Source: a virus (taxonomy: Duplodnaviria > Caudoviricetes). From it: 55,101 nt of DNA. The notes beneath the pieces were generated by a model. The model made no database searches. It had not been told where the DNA came from and was given only the letters and a program-made list of their open reading frames with translations. The stretch spans positions 1-55,101 of IMG/VR virus record IMGVR_UViG_3300048849_000134, one strand, 5' to 3'. The position numbers were made by a program, and so were the translations under genes. This document shows, piece by piece, positions 19,439 through 28,256 of the stretch. Within the stretch, counting starts at the first letter, position 1; the number at the start of each line of letters is the position of its first letter.

Positions 19439-19690
19439 ATGGAAACAAAAGGAAAAGTATCAAAGGTGGCGGTATGCAAAAGATGCGCTGGCTATGTTAA
19501 AGCGTGTCATGTTGATTATCTGGATAAAGCATCAGAAAAGGAGTTTACGCAGCTAACCAACGAAGGTTTTACGGTTAAGTTAGAGACTATAGCAGCCACA
19601 AAGAAACGGATCTATAGCCCTTATTCGGATTGCCGTAGTAACATATGCGTTCAAGCTACCCATAAGGCCCCTCTGGCATTACCTCAGTGA
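19439..19690 (+). CDS. Cys-rich hypothetical protein
   Basis: CKRC...C; operon context. Confidence 0.55.
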   Translation: METKGKVSKVAVCKRCAGYVKACHVDYLDKASEKEFTQLTNEGFTVKLETIAATKKRIYSPYSDCRSNICVQATHKAPLALPQ

Positions 19691-19892
19691 TCATGTCTTC
19701 AATCAAGGCGATATCCATTGTTTCAAGTTCCTCATGCACATGGGCGGTCCATTTATCGCCCTGCCAGATAACCTGACCATAGTGAAATTTATCAATTGAG
19801 ACATACCAGGATCCGCCACCGCCAGCCGGCATGTATAGCCGCAGAGTTTTGGTCTGATCACCGTAGGTGAGCTGTCTGATAATATCGTTCAC
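19656..19892 (-). CDS. Hypothetical protein (reverse-strand moron)
   Basis: Overlap-coupled to 19889..20119. Confidence 0.6.
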   Translation of the reverse strand: MNDIIRQLTYGDQTKTLRLYMPAGGGGSWYVSIDKFHYGQVIWQGDKWTAHVHEELETMDIALIEDMITEVMPEGPYG

Positions 19893-20119
19893 CAGTCCTG
19901 CCTTTCAATTGCTTCCCCGATCAGCTTAACCAAGCGCCAGGGCATGCCGATTCCGGTCCATTCGACATCTACGTAATCTCCAGTGGTAGGAACAACAGTT
20001 CCAAGCAGAACGTTACCCGTATAGCAGTCATACACCAGGTTATCTCCTTCCTCTCGGATAAGGGCGGTAATGTGCAGCGGCTGACCGTCGTAGTCAATAT
20101 CTATTATTTGGTGGTCCAT
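19889..20119 (-). CDS. Hypothetical acidic protein (reverse-strand moron)
   Basis: ORF divergent from class A promoter. Confidence 0.65.
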   Translation of the reverse strand: MDHQIIDIDYDGQPLHITALIREEGDNLVYDCYTGNVLLGTVVPTTGDYVDVEWTGIGMPWRLVKLIGEAIERQDW

Positions 20120-20165
20120 GGGGGATATAACGCTTGGCGAACCCGGATGTTTTATTGATATTTCC

Positions 20166-20206
20166 TACTACGAATTTGTTATCGTTAATATTTATGGTTA
20201 TCTTAG
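20166..20206 (+). promoter_or_regulatory. Class A motif copy 5 with -7 box
   Basis: TACTACGAATTTGTTATCGTTAATA then TATCTTAG. Confidence 0.8.
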
Positions 20207-20210
20207 TGTT

Positions 20211-20313
20211 TCGGTAGCCTTCGAAACTAAACCGAGTTAAAACATTCATTACCCTTGATTATCCAAGTACAGAGTTCGAAGGCTGAAAAGGAAGTCGAGG
20301 GTTTATTATTTTT
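20211..20313 (+). ncRNA. Kissing-loop 5' leader 4
   Basis: AGCCTTCGAA in TCGGT/ACCGA hairpin vs TTCGAAGGCT inside ACCCTTGATT/AGTCGAGGGT stem; U-tract. Confidence 0.75.
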
Positions 20314-21006
20314 ATGCAGATAGGATTCATTTACAAGATTACTTCGCCTACTAAGCGCGTGTACATCGGGCAGACTGTTCGGGTAAGGAATAGGTTTATT
20401 AAATACAAAAGTCTAGATTGCGATGAGCAACCTAAGATATACAATTCACTTAAAAAGTACGGGCCTGGTAAGCACAAGTTCGAAGTAATTGCCGAATGCG
20501 ATCAGTCAGATTTAAACAAGATGGAGAGGTATTATCAGGACTTGTATCATGCATGTGGTCCGAAAGGTCTTAACTGTAAATTCACTGGGTATGAACAGCG
20601 TTCTGGTTCATTGTCTGATGAACTGAAAAAGAAAATAAGCGATGGTAATAAAGGAAAAGTTGTTTCCGCAGAATCAAGAGCGAAGATGAGTGCTGCGAAA
20701 AAAGGAAAGGCTCCATGGAACACAGGCATATCCCACCCTGCTGGGACTAGGGCAAAGATTGGAGAAAAAGCAAAGGGAAATACTAGGTGTTTAGGTAGGA
20801 TTGCAAACAAGGAAACACTTGAAAGAATGAAAACAAGCAACTTACATCGGTCAAAGTCTGTTATTTGTGTTCAAACAAACGTAACGTATCCATCTATACA
20901 CGAATGCAGCAGACAATTAGGAATTAATGTCCGTGGTATTCAAAGGTGTCTAAAGGGCGAAACCAAAAACGGGGGCAAGGGATATACATTCATGTACACC
21001 GATTAG
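20314..21006 (+). CDS. GIY-YIG homing endonuclease with NUMOD3-like repeats
   Basis: GFIYKIT..VYIGQT..R; SAESRAKMSAAKKGK; C-terminal YPSIHECSRQLG. Confidence 0.9.
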   Translation: MQIGFIYKITSPTKRVYIGQTVRVRNRFIKYKSLDCDEQPKIYNSLKKYGPGKHKFEVIAECDQSDLNKMERYYQDLYHACGPKGLNCKFTGYEQRSGSLSDELKKKISDGNKGKVVSAESRAKMSAAKKGKAPWNTGISHPAGTRAKIGEKAKGNTRCLGRIANKETLERMKTSNLHRSKSVICVQTNVTYPSIHECSRQLGINVRGIQRCLKGETKNGGKGYTFMYTD

Positions 21007-21023
21007 CTTACCTAGTACTCTAA

Positions 21024-21068
21024 GTAAACACCATAACCAATAGACCGCAAAGTCATTGGTTATTTTTG
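21024..21068 (+). promoter_or_regulatory. Class B (late) promoter, portal
   Basis: GTAAAC 21024; TATTTTTG 21061. Confidence 0.75.
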
Positions 21069-21073
21069 TTAGC

Positions 21074-22531
21074 ATGGAGTACAACACGTTATTACAGCTT
21101 GCCGAGTCTGATCCAGCTAAACTTATTTCTAGGATAACCGCTGTTCGCTATGATAGCGGAAAGGATGCGCTTCAATATGAACCGGAAAACCACGCTATCT
21201 TTGATAAGGCGCAGTATAAGGATCGTGAAGTATGGCTGCCTGTAAAAGATGAGAATGGTCAGAACGATACGACTGACACCGGAGAGCAGAAGTTAAGACG
21301 TGAATACGAAAAGGTCCCCCGGATATCATCTGTGCTCCAAAAGGAAATAGTTGATTGGGCGGTTAACACCTGCGCAGCCATTCCTGCTGAGCCGATACTG
21401 ACTCCACAAGAACCTACCAAAGACGAGCAGACCATTTTTGAGATGCTCAAGACTACATTCAAAGACAATAAAATGGCGTACCAAGATCGAGAGATATTGC
21501 GCCTTGTGATGATCCACAAAATAGTAGCTGAGATATGGTATAGGGAGGAAGATAAAAACATCTGGAAAGATATCAAAGGCTGTGATCCGTTTAAGATGCG
21601 TCTGGTCGTTCTATCTCCTGAAACCGGGGACCTACTGTATCCGGTCAAGAATAACATTGGCAAAATGATCGCATTAGGCCGAGAGTATATCACTATTGAT
21701 GATGACAATAAGGAGCAAAAGAAATTCGATATATTCACTTCTGAAAAGATACAAACGTTCGGACAGGCTGCCGGAGGATGGGTACTTGAAAGTGAAATAC
21801 CTATTGAATATGGTAAGGCAAATTTCATTGTTCACCAGCAATCAAAAACAGAATGGGAGGATCAACAGCCACGTATTGACAGGCTTGAGATAACTGATAG
21901 CTCATTGGCGTCCACAAACGATGCGCTTGGTAGCCCTATTCTTGCAATTACCGGACAGGTTATTGATTTTGGAAAGCGAGGTGATGCAGGGAAAATTTTT
22001 GAGCTAGAACAAGGATCGTCTATGAGCGTGGTCGAATCTGCATCGGCGCCGGAGTCTGTGCGGTTTGAAAGAGAGAACTTATTGAAGGGCATTTACTCAG
22101 GAAGTGCGACACCTCAGCTGTCGTTCGATGATGCTGCAGGATTTGGAGCGAATATTCCGGGTATTACCTTGAAGCTTCTTTTCCTGCCAACCACGTTAAA
22201 GGCTATGGGTAGACAAACGGGATCTTGGGGTATGTCCTACCAAAGAAGGATCAACTTCTTGCTTTATGCAATGGCTACTATATGCAAAAGGCTTATTTCA
22301 GTTCGTGACGTTGATGTATCGGTAAAATTCACACAATACATGCCGAGCAATGACACTGAGACGTATGATAATGCGGTGAAGCTGTATAGTGCCGGATTGT
22401 TGAGTATTGAAAAAGCAGTTGAAATGGTGGGTATCGCTGGAGAAGATCTTAAAGAGGAACTAGCCAGGTTAGATGCTGCAGCAAAACAAGCCGCCCAATC
22501 AAAATCCTCCCCAACCCTATCAGTTGCATAA
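21074..22531 (+). CDS. Portal protein (SPP1 Gp6-like)
   Basis: Size and position; EIVDWAV, LYPV, GITLKLLF, YQRRINFL motifs. Confidence 0.88.
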   Translation: MEYNTLLQLAESDPAKLISRITAVRYDSGKDALQYEPENHAIFDKAQYKDREVWLPVKDENGQNDTTDTGEQKLRREYEKVPRISSVLQKEIVDWAVNTCAAIPAEPILTPQEPTKDEQTIFEMLKTTFKDNKMAYQDREILRLVMIHKIVAEIWYREEDKNIWKDIKGCDPFKMRLVVLSPETGDLLYPVKNNIGKMIALGREYITIDDDNKEQKKFDIFTSEKIQTFGQAAGGWVLESEIPIEYGKANFIVHQQSKTEWEDQQPRIDRLEITDSSLASTNDALGSPILAITGQVIDFGKRGDAGKIFELEQGSSMSVVESASAPESVRFERENLLKGIYSGSATPQLSFDDAAGFGANIPGITLKLLFLPTTLKAMGRQTGSWGMSYQRRINFLLYAMATICKRLISVRDVDVSVKFTQYMPSNDTETYDNAVKLYSAGLLSIEKAVEMVGIAGEDLKEELARLDAAAKQAAQSKSSPTLSVA

Positions 22532-22547
22532 CTTTTTTCACTTTTTT

Positions 22548-22588
22548 TACTACGTTTTTGTTATCTTTAATAATTAGTGTTATATTAG
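22548..22588 (+). promoter_or_regulatory. Class A motif copy 6 with -7 box
   Basis: TACTACGTTTTTGTTATCTTTAATA then TATATTAG. Confidence 0.8.
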
Positions 22589-22779
22589 CATAAGCAAAAG
22601 GGGAATGGCCCAGTAGCATACAGGAACGGTTACTACATAGGGCTGTTTCTTTTTGATAGAACAAATACCCTATAACGCATAATTATAGAATAAACGTTAA
22701 ATAATTTACCCGTTCATTGGTGATTTATATTTGGTTAGAGCGTACATCGGATGGTGTGCGCTTGTTAAATGAACAAAAT

Positions 22780-22854
22780 GCACGCTAATGTTCCAAGGCA
22801 AGGCGAGTTGGATTCCAAACCCGACTGAGTAAGGTTCGATACCTTAAGCGTGTG
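22780..22854 (+). tRNA. trnW: tRNA-Trp (CCA)
   Basis: Acceptor GCACGCT/AGCGTGT, anticodon loop TTCCAAA, T-arm TAAGG-TTCGATA-CCTTA; 3' CCA not encoded. Confidence 0.8.
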
Positions 22855-22880
22855 CAAATGAAACAACTTTAATTGAGTAT

Positions 22881-23038
22881 TTGGATTCCTAAAGCTACGG
22901 ATAAGGATGAAAAAATGAATGTTGTTTGAACTATGATAGGAGAATAGGATTACTCGCCGGGGCATGAGGCCGTGGAGATACAGGGTTAGAATCCCGACAT
23001 AGAATGTTATTCAAGTCCTGATCTCACCGGGAATCCAA
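22881..23038 (+). ncRNA. Long nested stem capped by a degenerate tRNA-Met-like cloverleaf
   Basis: TTGGATTCC/GGAATCCAA, AGGAT/GTCCT, TGAATG/TATTCA and CTATG/CATAG enclose a D-like arm, a CAT loop and GGG-TTAGAAT-CCC. Confidence 0.55.
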
Positions 23039-23080
23039 CGAGACAGGCATCACACCCCGCAAGGGTAGTTTTCAAGGATG

Positions 23081-23115
23081 TTAGCGTGGGTTGTGGCGAC
23101 TCACGCTAATTTGTT
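23081..23115 (+). terminator. Strong hairpin, putative terminator
   Basis: TTAGCGTGGGTTG-TGG-CGACTCACGCTAA-TTTGTT. Confidence 0.65.
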
Positions 23116-23298
23116 ACCAAAGCGCCACCTGAACGAGTAACCTAACATTCAAGTATATGGGAACATTAGCGCTAATCACCATCAGCCTAACAGCAATCAG
23201 CCTGATCGCAATGATCTGGGCGTGTATGACAGCCACAGAGGTAGACGAATTTGAACACAAAGTAACCGTAAATGAAGCGGCTTAAAGCATTTACATAT

Positions 23299-23418
23299 AT
23301 GGATGATTACGACGAAGAAGAAACCGACAACGATAATTGCTGCGACAATCCAGACATTAAAAGTTCCACATACACTGATTGGTGTGAGAACTGTGGTTGG
23401 AGCTACAGCTACCTTTAA
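23299..23418 (+). CDS. Small acidic Cys-rich protein (39 aa)
   Basis: MDDYDEEE..CCDNP..WCENCGW. Confidence 0.5.
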   Translation: MDDYDEEETDNDNCCDNPDIKSSTYTDWCENCGWSYSYL

Positions 23419-23442
23419 TTAATTAGATATAGAAAAGTTATA

Positions 23443-23727
23443 ATGAAAACACTTAAAAAAATAACCATTAAACCCATGTATGTTGAATCTATCCCTGATT
23501 TAACTGAAATGGAACAAAAGGTTTTGTATATCAGCAAGCACTATAAAACAGCAGCACATATGTGCCTATGTGGTTGCGGGGAGGAAACAATAACACCACT
23601 AAATGAATACGGATGGATACTGACCGATAACGAAGGGAAAATATCCTTACAGCCATCTATAGGAAACTATCAATTTGAATGTAAGTCACATTACATCATT
23701 ACAAACAACGTAGCGAATTTCGTTTAA
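23443..23727 (+). CDS. DUF6527 family protein (second copy)
   Basis: LYISKHYKTAAHMCLCGCGEETITPL..W..ISLQPSIGNYQFECKSHYII. Confidence 0.85.
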   Translation: MKTLKKITIKPMYVESIPDLTEMEQKVLYISKHYKTAAHMCLCGCGEETITPLNEYGWILTDNEGKISLQPSIGNYQFECKSHYIITNNVANFV

Positions 23728-23756
23728 CCAACCCCTATAACAACACAACTACCATA

Positions 23757-24157
23757 ATGACCAAAGAAACACTACTACAAAGAGATATAAAGTTGCTTAA
23801 AGAGCAGCAGAATGAGTCTATAACCCTGTTTAAGGAGTTGGACAAAGAAGTCGGATTAATGGCTGGCGAAAAGATCGCAAAGCACCTAGCAAAGCTGCAG
23901 GGGATCCGGTTTAATGAGCATGAATACAACATGGCCGATGTTAACGGTGAACAAGGGGTATGAAAAGGTACACGAGAGGTGCTATTGCATTTGGAGTCCT
24001 ATTCACTTTAGGATATTTGGTTGGGTCCATGTTTTGCGGCTTCAATACCAGATTATGGAACGGTGATTCATCAGCGTGCCTAGTCGTATGGTTTGTGATC
24101 TGTGTATTTGCTTCTATTGTCGTGATGTTCGCGGAGGGGATGCAGGATGTCAAGTAG
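23757..24157 (+). CDS. Two small hypothetical proteins (23757-23963; membrane protein 23960-24157)
   Basis: ATGA-coupled ORFs; second has two hydrophobic segments. Confidence 0.6.
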
Positions 24158-24704
24158 AAACGAAAACCAAGGATTGGGTAAGCCCATCCGAGTAACAACC
24201 ATTGATCCGGAGTTTGACCTAGCCGCTGATCGGTTTCTTGCTAATGTGCATGGGGAGGATCAGCCCATTACGATCAGCGGGAAGATAATTGATCCATCAA
24301 GCCCCCCGATAGGATTACAAGATCTGCCAGGATTTGCACGAGACAGTCATGGATCAGGCAAGGTGTTAGAGCACCGCACGTTTGAATCCGGTTCAGTTCG
24401 GGATAACGATGATGATAAGCCGTTAGTTAATCACCTGGATCCTTACTTACGTTTGCGTTTCGGCTATTTACTGAGGGCCGGGGCTCGTAAGTACAATAAG
24501 GGCAACTGGAAGCTAGGCCAAGATACTGAAACGGCACTGGAGAGTTTACACAGGCATCTAGCAAAGTATGAGTTGAACCTCAATGCTGGGATTGAGCAAG
24601 ACGAGGACCACCTATCATCGGTTGTATTCAACATCATGCTCATCATGAAGAACGAAGAAAAATCCGGTATCCCGGTAGATCACTATTACGGAACGACTAA
24701 GTAA
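24147..24704 (+). CDS. dATP/dGTP diphosphohydrolase domain protein (DUF5664-like)
   Basis: GARKYNKGNWKLG...SLHRHL...EDHLSSVVFN. Confidence 0.8.
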   Translation: MSSRNENQGLGKPIRVTTIDPEFDLAADRFLANVHGEDQPITISGKIIDPSSPPIGLQDLPGFARDSHGSGKVLEHRTFESGSVRDNDDDKPLVNHLDPYLRLRFGYLLRAGARKYNKGNWKLGQDTETALESLHRHLAKYELNLNAGIEQDEDHLSSVVFNIMLIMKNEEKSGIPVDHYYGTTK

Positions 24705-24715
24705 AATAATCAACG

Positions 24716-27076
24716 ATGATAAAAACTCCATACGAAATATTAACAGATGGTTGCGCAGCTTATCCACTGCGAACCGTTATAGACAATTTACTAGATGAGC
24801 AGATTATTGAGGCGTTTGATGATTACGCAGATCAGTTTAAACCGAAGTTACTTGCTATTGATAAGTTGGAAGGCGCAAATAATGACTCGTGGTTTTTCCT
24901 TTATAACTCTAATGCAAAAGGCACAAAATGGTTTGGAGGTTCATATACTAAAAATCAAGCATTAGATTTTTCTAAGTCTTTATACATAACTCACTTCATG
25001 GAAGTGGTCTTACCAGAGCCTAACATATAACCAGATATGACCGAATACTACAAAGACCAACGATTTAAATGTAAGGATCACCCATACATAAATAGAGGTG
25101 GTCGAGAATTGCGCATCCTTGCAATTGAGCAAAAACATATCATGTGCAGGTTTAAGGGCTGTATACCATTTGTGAAGTCTGTAAAGGAGTTTCCAAAGTA
25201 TTTAGAGTCACTAGAGGCTGTTGAGATTGAATCCATTAAACGTAAATAACCAGATATGACACAGATCAAAAAGCAATACTACATCAAAGGAGTTGATAAT
25301 CAGAAAAAGCCTGATATGACCTTTGAATTAAAGAGAGTAGATATTTCAAAGCTCATATCCCTAGAAAATGCAGATAAATTCAGACTGATCGATTTTCTAA
25401 GAGAGTGCCAAAACGATATTCAACTTACTATTGACAGGCTCCAACCCTAACCACCATGGCAACAAAAATCAAAGACCTAAAAACCGTTTCTCTGATTAAA
25501 GCAGATGGAGGTGAACATTATCAAATATGCATGCCGGACGGGACACCCATTCCAAATATTATTTCGGATAGCATTTTCATTAATGCAGATACGCCAATGT
25601 TCCGTGGAGGGTTCTGTCATGTACAACTGACGGTTATGGTTAGGCTGGAAAATATAAACCCTAGGATTCAATAAGAAAGTAAATAAACGCCACACGCCAT
25701 GCAAAGAACAGAACACGTGTTCCACTTTATAGCCGGAACAAATATAACGACAAAGAATGTGCTTCAATACGCTATTGGATTAGCAGAGCACTTCAATTCA
25801 AAGGTCAAGATTGAGCGTGCCTACAAGCGCAAAGTAGACAGGCTTATCGATGCAGCCCATGATGTACAAAAGGTAACAGACCGCTTGCTTGATAATATTC
25901 AAGTGAAAGAACTGACCGAGATTGAGGCTGATGAGATTGAAAAGGTATTGTACCTCGCATGTGGGCTTACTGCAGCTAAACGCACAAAGGTTATCAACTA
26001 CATCAATCACTTGAATAAAGAGGATCGGGTATTGGTATCTGACCGCATAGAGATTGCCCAGGAAGGAGAGCAAGCGGCATGAAAAAGCACCTACCATTAA
26101 TCCTGCCCTGTATTCTAGCCGCCCTGGTTATGTGGGTTATGATCAAAACTGCCTATGTAACGGGGCTGCATAGAGGTAGCAAGCAAATAGATACGACCTA
26201 CTACAGTACGGATCGAGTAAGGAAGCTGACAGATTCAACGGATAGTGTGGCGCAAGCTGAACAGGACGCGTCTGTGATGGCTACTAACATGATGTTAAGC
26301 ACGTATTGATTATGAGCGAAAGACGAATTACAACCCTCCTATTGATGGGATTTGGTGCAGCCGTAACCGGTATGCTAGAGATAATACACCTATTCCTTGA
26401 CTTTGGGGATACGATACTTATAGGCATAGGAATGATTTGCGCCCTGTTACTATGGGTTATATTTTACCTGGACGATTTAAAGCATAAAATATGATAATAC
26501 ATGGCATTTCCAAGATTGAGTACGCTCCAGCGGAAAAGACAATAATATTCAAAAACAAAGGTAAAATGTATGCCAGACCATTTTACACGAAAAAGAACGT
26601 CCCTATTCCGATTGTGTACAAGGATGTTTTTATCAATACCCCATCCGTGTGGGCGATGCCGCATGACTCTAGTCTCTTTTCACCATTTGCAATGCAGCCA
26701 TAAGTAATGCAACAAGAATACAACTCCCTACTTAAATCCGGCATGTTTTGGGTGATATTTCCAAACATGACAGGCAATTGGATTGATGATGCTCCAGACT
26801 TCATCGAGTTTTACGTGACACACAGGAAATAACTAATTTAGCAGTATGGATATAAACAGGGAAGAACTACGGCAAAAACTTACATCATTCATGCGGGAAA
26901 CATTTAAGAAGGATAGCTGGATGACTGATGACGAATACAACGAGATGATGACCGAAGCTCTAGCGCAACAAGGCACAAGTATAGATCATCTTGTAGATCA
27001 ACTAATAATAGGCATTAATAATGGATACACACCGGAATACCAATTTGAATTGTTACGAAAGGCATTTACAAAGTAA
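24716..27076 (+). other. Cluster of about 10 small co-directional hypothetical genes (starts 24716, 25037, 25256, 25456, 25699, 26079, 26306, 26491, 26846)
   Basis: Tightly packed or overlapping ORFs with no recognisable domains. Confidence 0.65.
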
Positions 27077-27101
27077 CGATACCCCTCTCACCCACCCACG
27101 C

Positions 27102-27129
27102 AGCCTGACCTAACAAGTCGGGCTTTTTT
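27102..27129 (+). terminator. Intrinsic terminator closing accessory island
   Basis: AGCCTGAC-CTAACAA-GTCGGGCT-TTTTT. Confidence 0.8.
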
Positions 27130-27166
27130 ATACCCAATCCTCCCCCTCACTTACCACCCTACCCAA

Positions 27167-27211
27167 GTAAACGCGCTCACTTTACCACCCCAAAGCATAC
27201 AGGTATTTTCG
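27167..27211 (+). promoter_or_regulatory. Class B (late) promoter, head operon
   Basis: GTAAAC 27167; TATTTTCG 27204. Confidence 0.75.
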
Positions 27212-27243
27212 TAGTAATAACCCAATAAAGGGGTATTCGCACT

Positions 27244-27852
27244 ATGAAACAAAAACTTTTGCCGTTGTTGAAACCCAAAATGGCCAGTAAGGGGTTCGAC
27301 CAAGAAACTTTAGAGAGTATTGCTGATCTGTTGGCTAATAATCTCACGGAAGAATCAACTGAGGAAGAAATTAACACCGCTATCGACTCGTTTATGCCGC
27401 AAGCATCCTTGATGCAGTCCGCTATAAACCGAAGTGTAAATAAGGTGGTAACTAAACCTAAACCTGTTGAGTCTGCCAAACCAACTGAAACGCCTGCTGA
27501 TCCAGCGCCAACTACTGATCCTGCATTGCTTGCAATCCTACAGGAGCTGAGAGGTGAGATCGCAACCATCAAAGGCGAAAAAGTTGTAAACACCTGGAAG
27601 TCCAAACTGGAAGAAAACCTGAAAGAGTCTGACCCGAAGTTCAAGGCAGCAACTCTAAAGGCATTCGGAAGGATGAAGTTTGACAATGAGGATCAGTTCA
27701 ATGAATATCTATCCGAAGTATCCGAGGATGCTAAAGAGTTCGTTGCTCCATCGTTCCAATCAGACAGACCTACAGGTAGTGCTGGGAAACCGGCAGCAGT
27801 AAAGGAAGCGACCAAAGAGGAAGCTGCAACAGTATTAAAAACTATAATGTAA
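27244..27852 (+). CDS. Capsid scaffolding protein
   Basis: Helical with P/T/A-rich linker; directly upstream of head genes. Confidence 0.7.
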   Translation: MKQKLLPLLKPKMASKGFDQETLESIADLLANNLTEESTEEEINTAIDSFMPQASLMQSAINRSVNKVVTKPKPVESAKPTETPADPAPTTDPALLAILQELRGEIATIKGEKVVNTWKSKLEENLKESDPKFKAATLKAFGRMKFDNEDQFNEYLSEVSEDAKEFVAPSFQSDRPTGSAGKPAAVKEATKEEAATVLKTIM

Positions 27853-27859
27853 ACAGAAA

Positions 27860-28255
27860 ATGGCAGTAGCTAATTTAACAAACGATTCTGTTTCTCTATC
27901 AGTAGGCAACGATTCGATTGTAATCAGAGATAACTTTGAAGCAATCAGAGGTGGCCGAACCTTAGACGTAACCGGATATACCCCCGAAGTTATTAACGCG
28001 GGTCATGTAATCATCAAAAGTTCAGCTGGCGAATATAAGCCAATGCCTGTAAATGCAGGCGCAACGGCTTATGCAGCTCTACCCGCCGATCACACATACG
28101 CTGGCATCCTTGTTAGTTCGGTATTAACATCCAGACCTTTTGCTGGAATAATGGTCAGAGGAAGTGTAAACCCGGCAGCCGCACCTTTTCCAATGGCTAC
28201 AATTCAGTCAGCGGTATCAGCAGCATTGCCTTTAATCACCTTTTTAGCAGATTAA
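27860..28255 (+). CDS. Head decoration protein
   Basis: GGRTLDV..INAGHVII..YKPMPV; precedes MCP. Confidence 0.75.
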   Translation: MAVANLTNDSVSLSVGNDSIVIRDNFEAIRGGRTLDVTGYTPEVINAGHVIIKSSAGEYKPMPVNAGATAYAALPADHTYAGILVSSVLTSRPFAGIMVRGSVNPAAAPFPMATIQSAVSAALPLITFLAD

Positions 28256-28256
28256 T

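Noticed and set aside
21259-21828. Long antisense ORFs within portal, scaffold, capsid and TMP genes
   Set aside because: Fully overlap well-supported genes and show no motifs.
22931-23002. Functional tRNA-Met
   Set aside because: 5-bp acceptor, irregular anticodon arm and TTAGAAT T-loop; reported only as tRNA-like.
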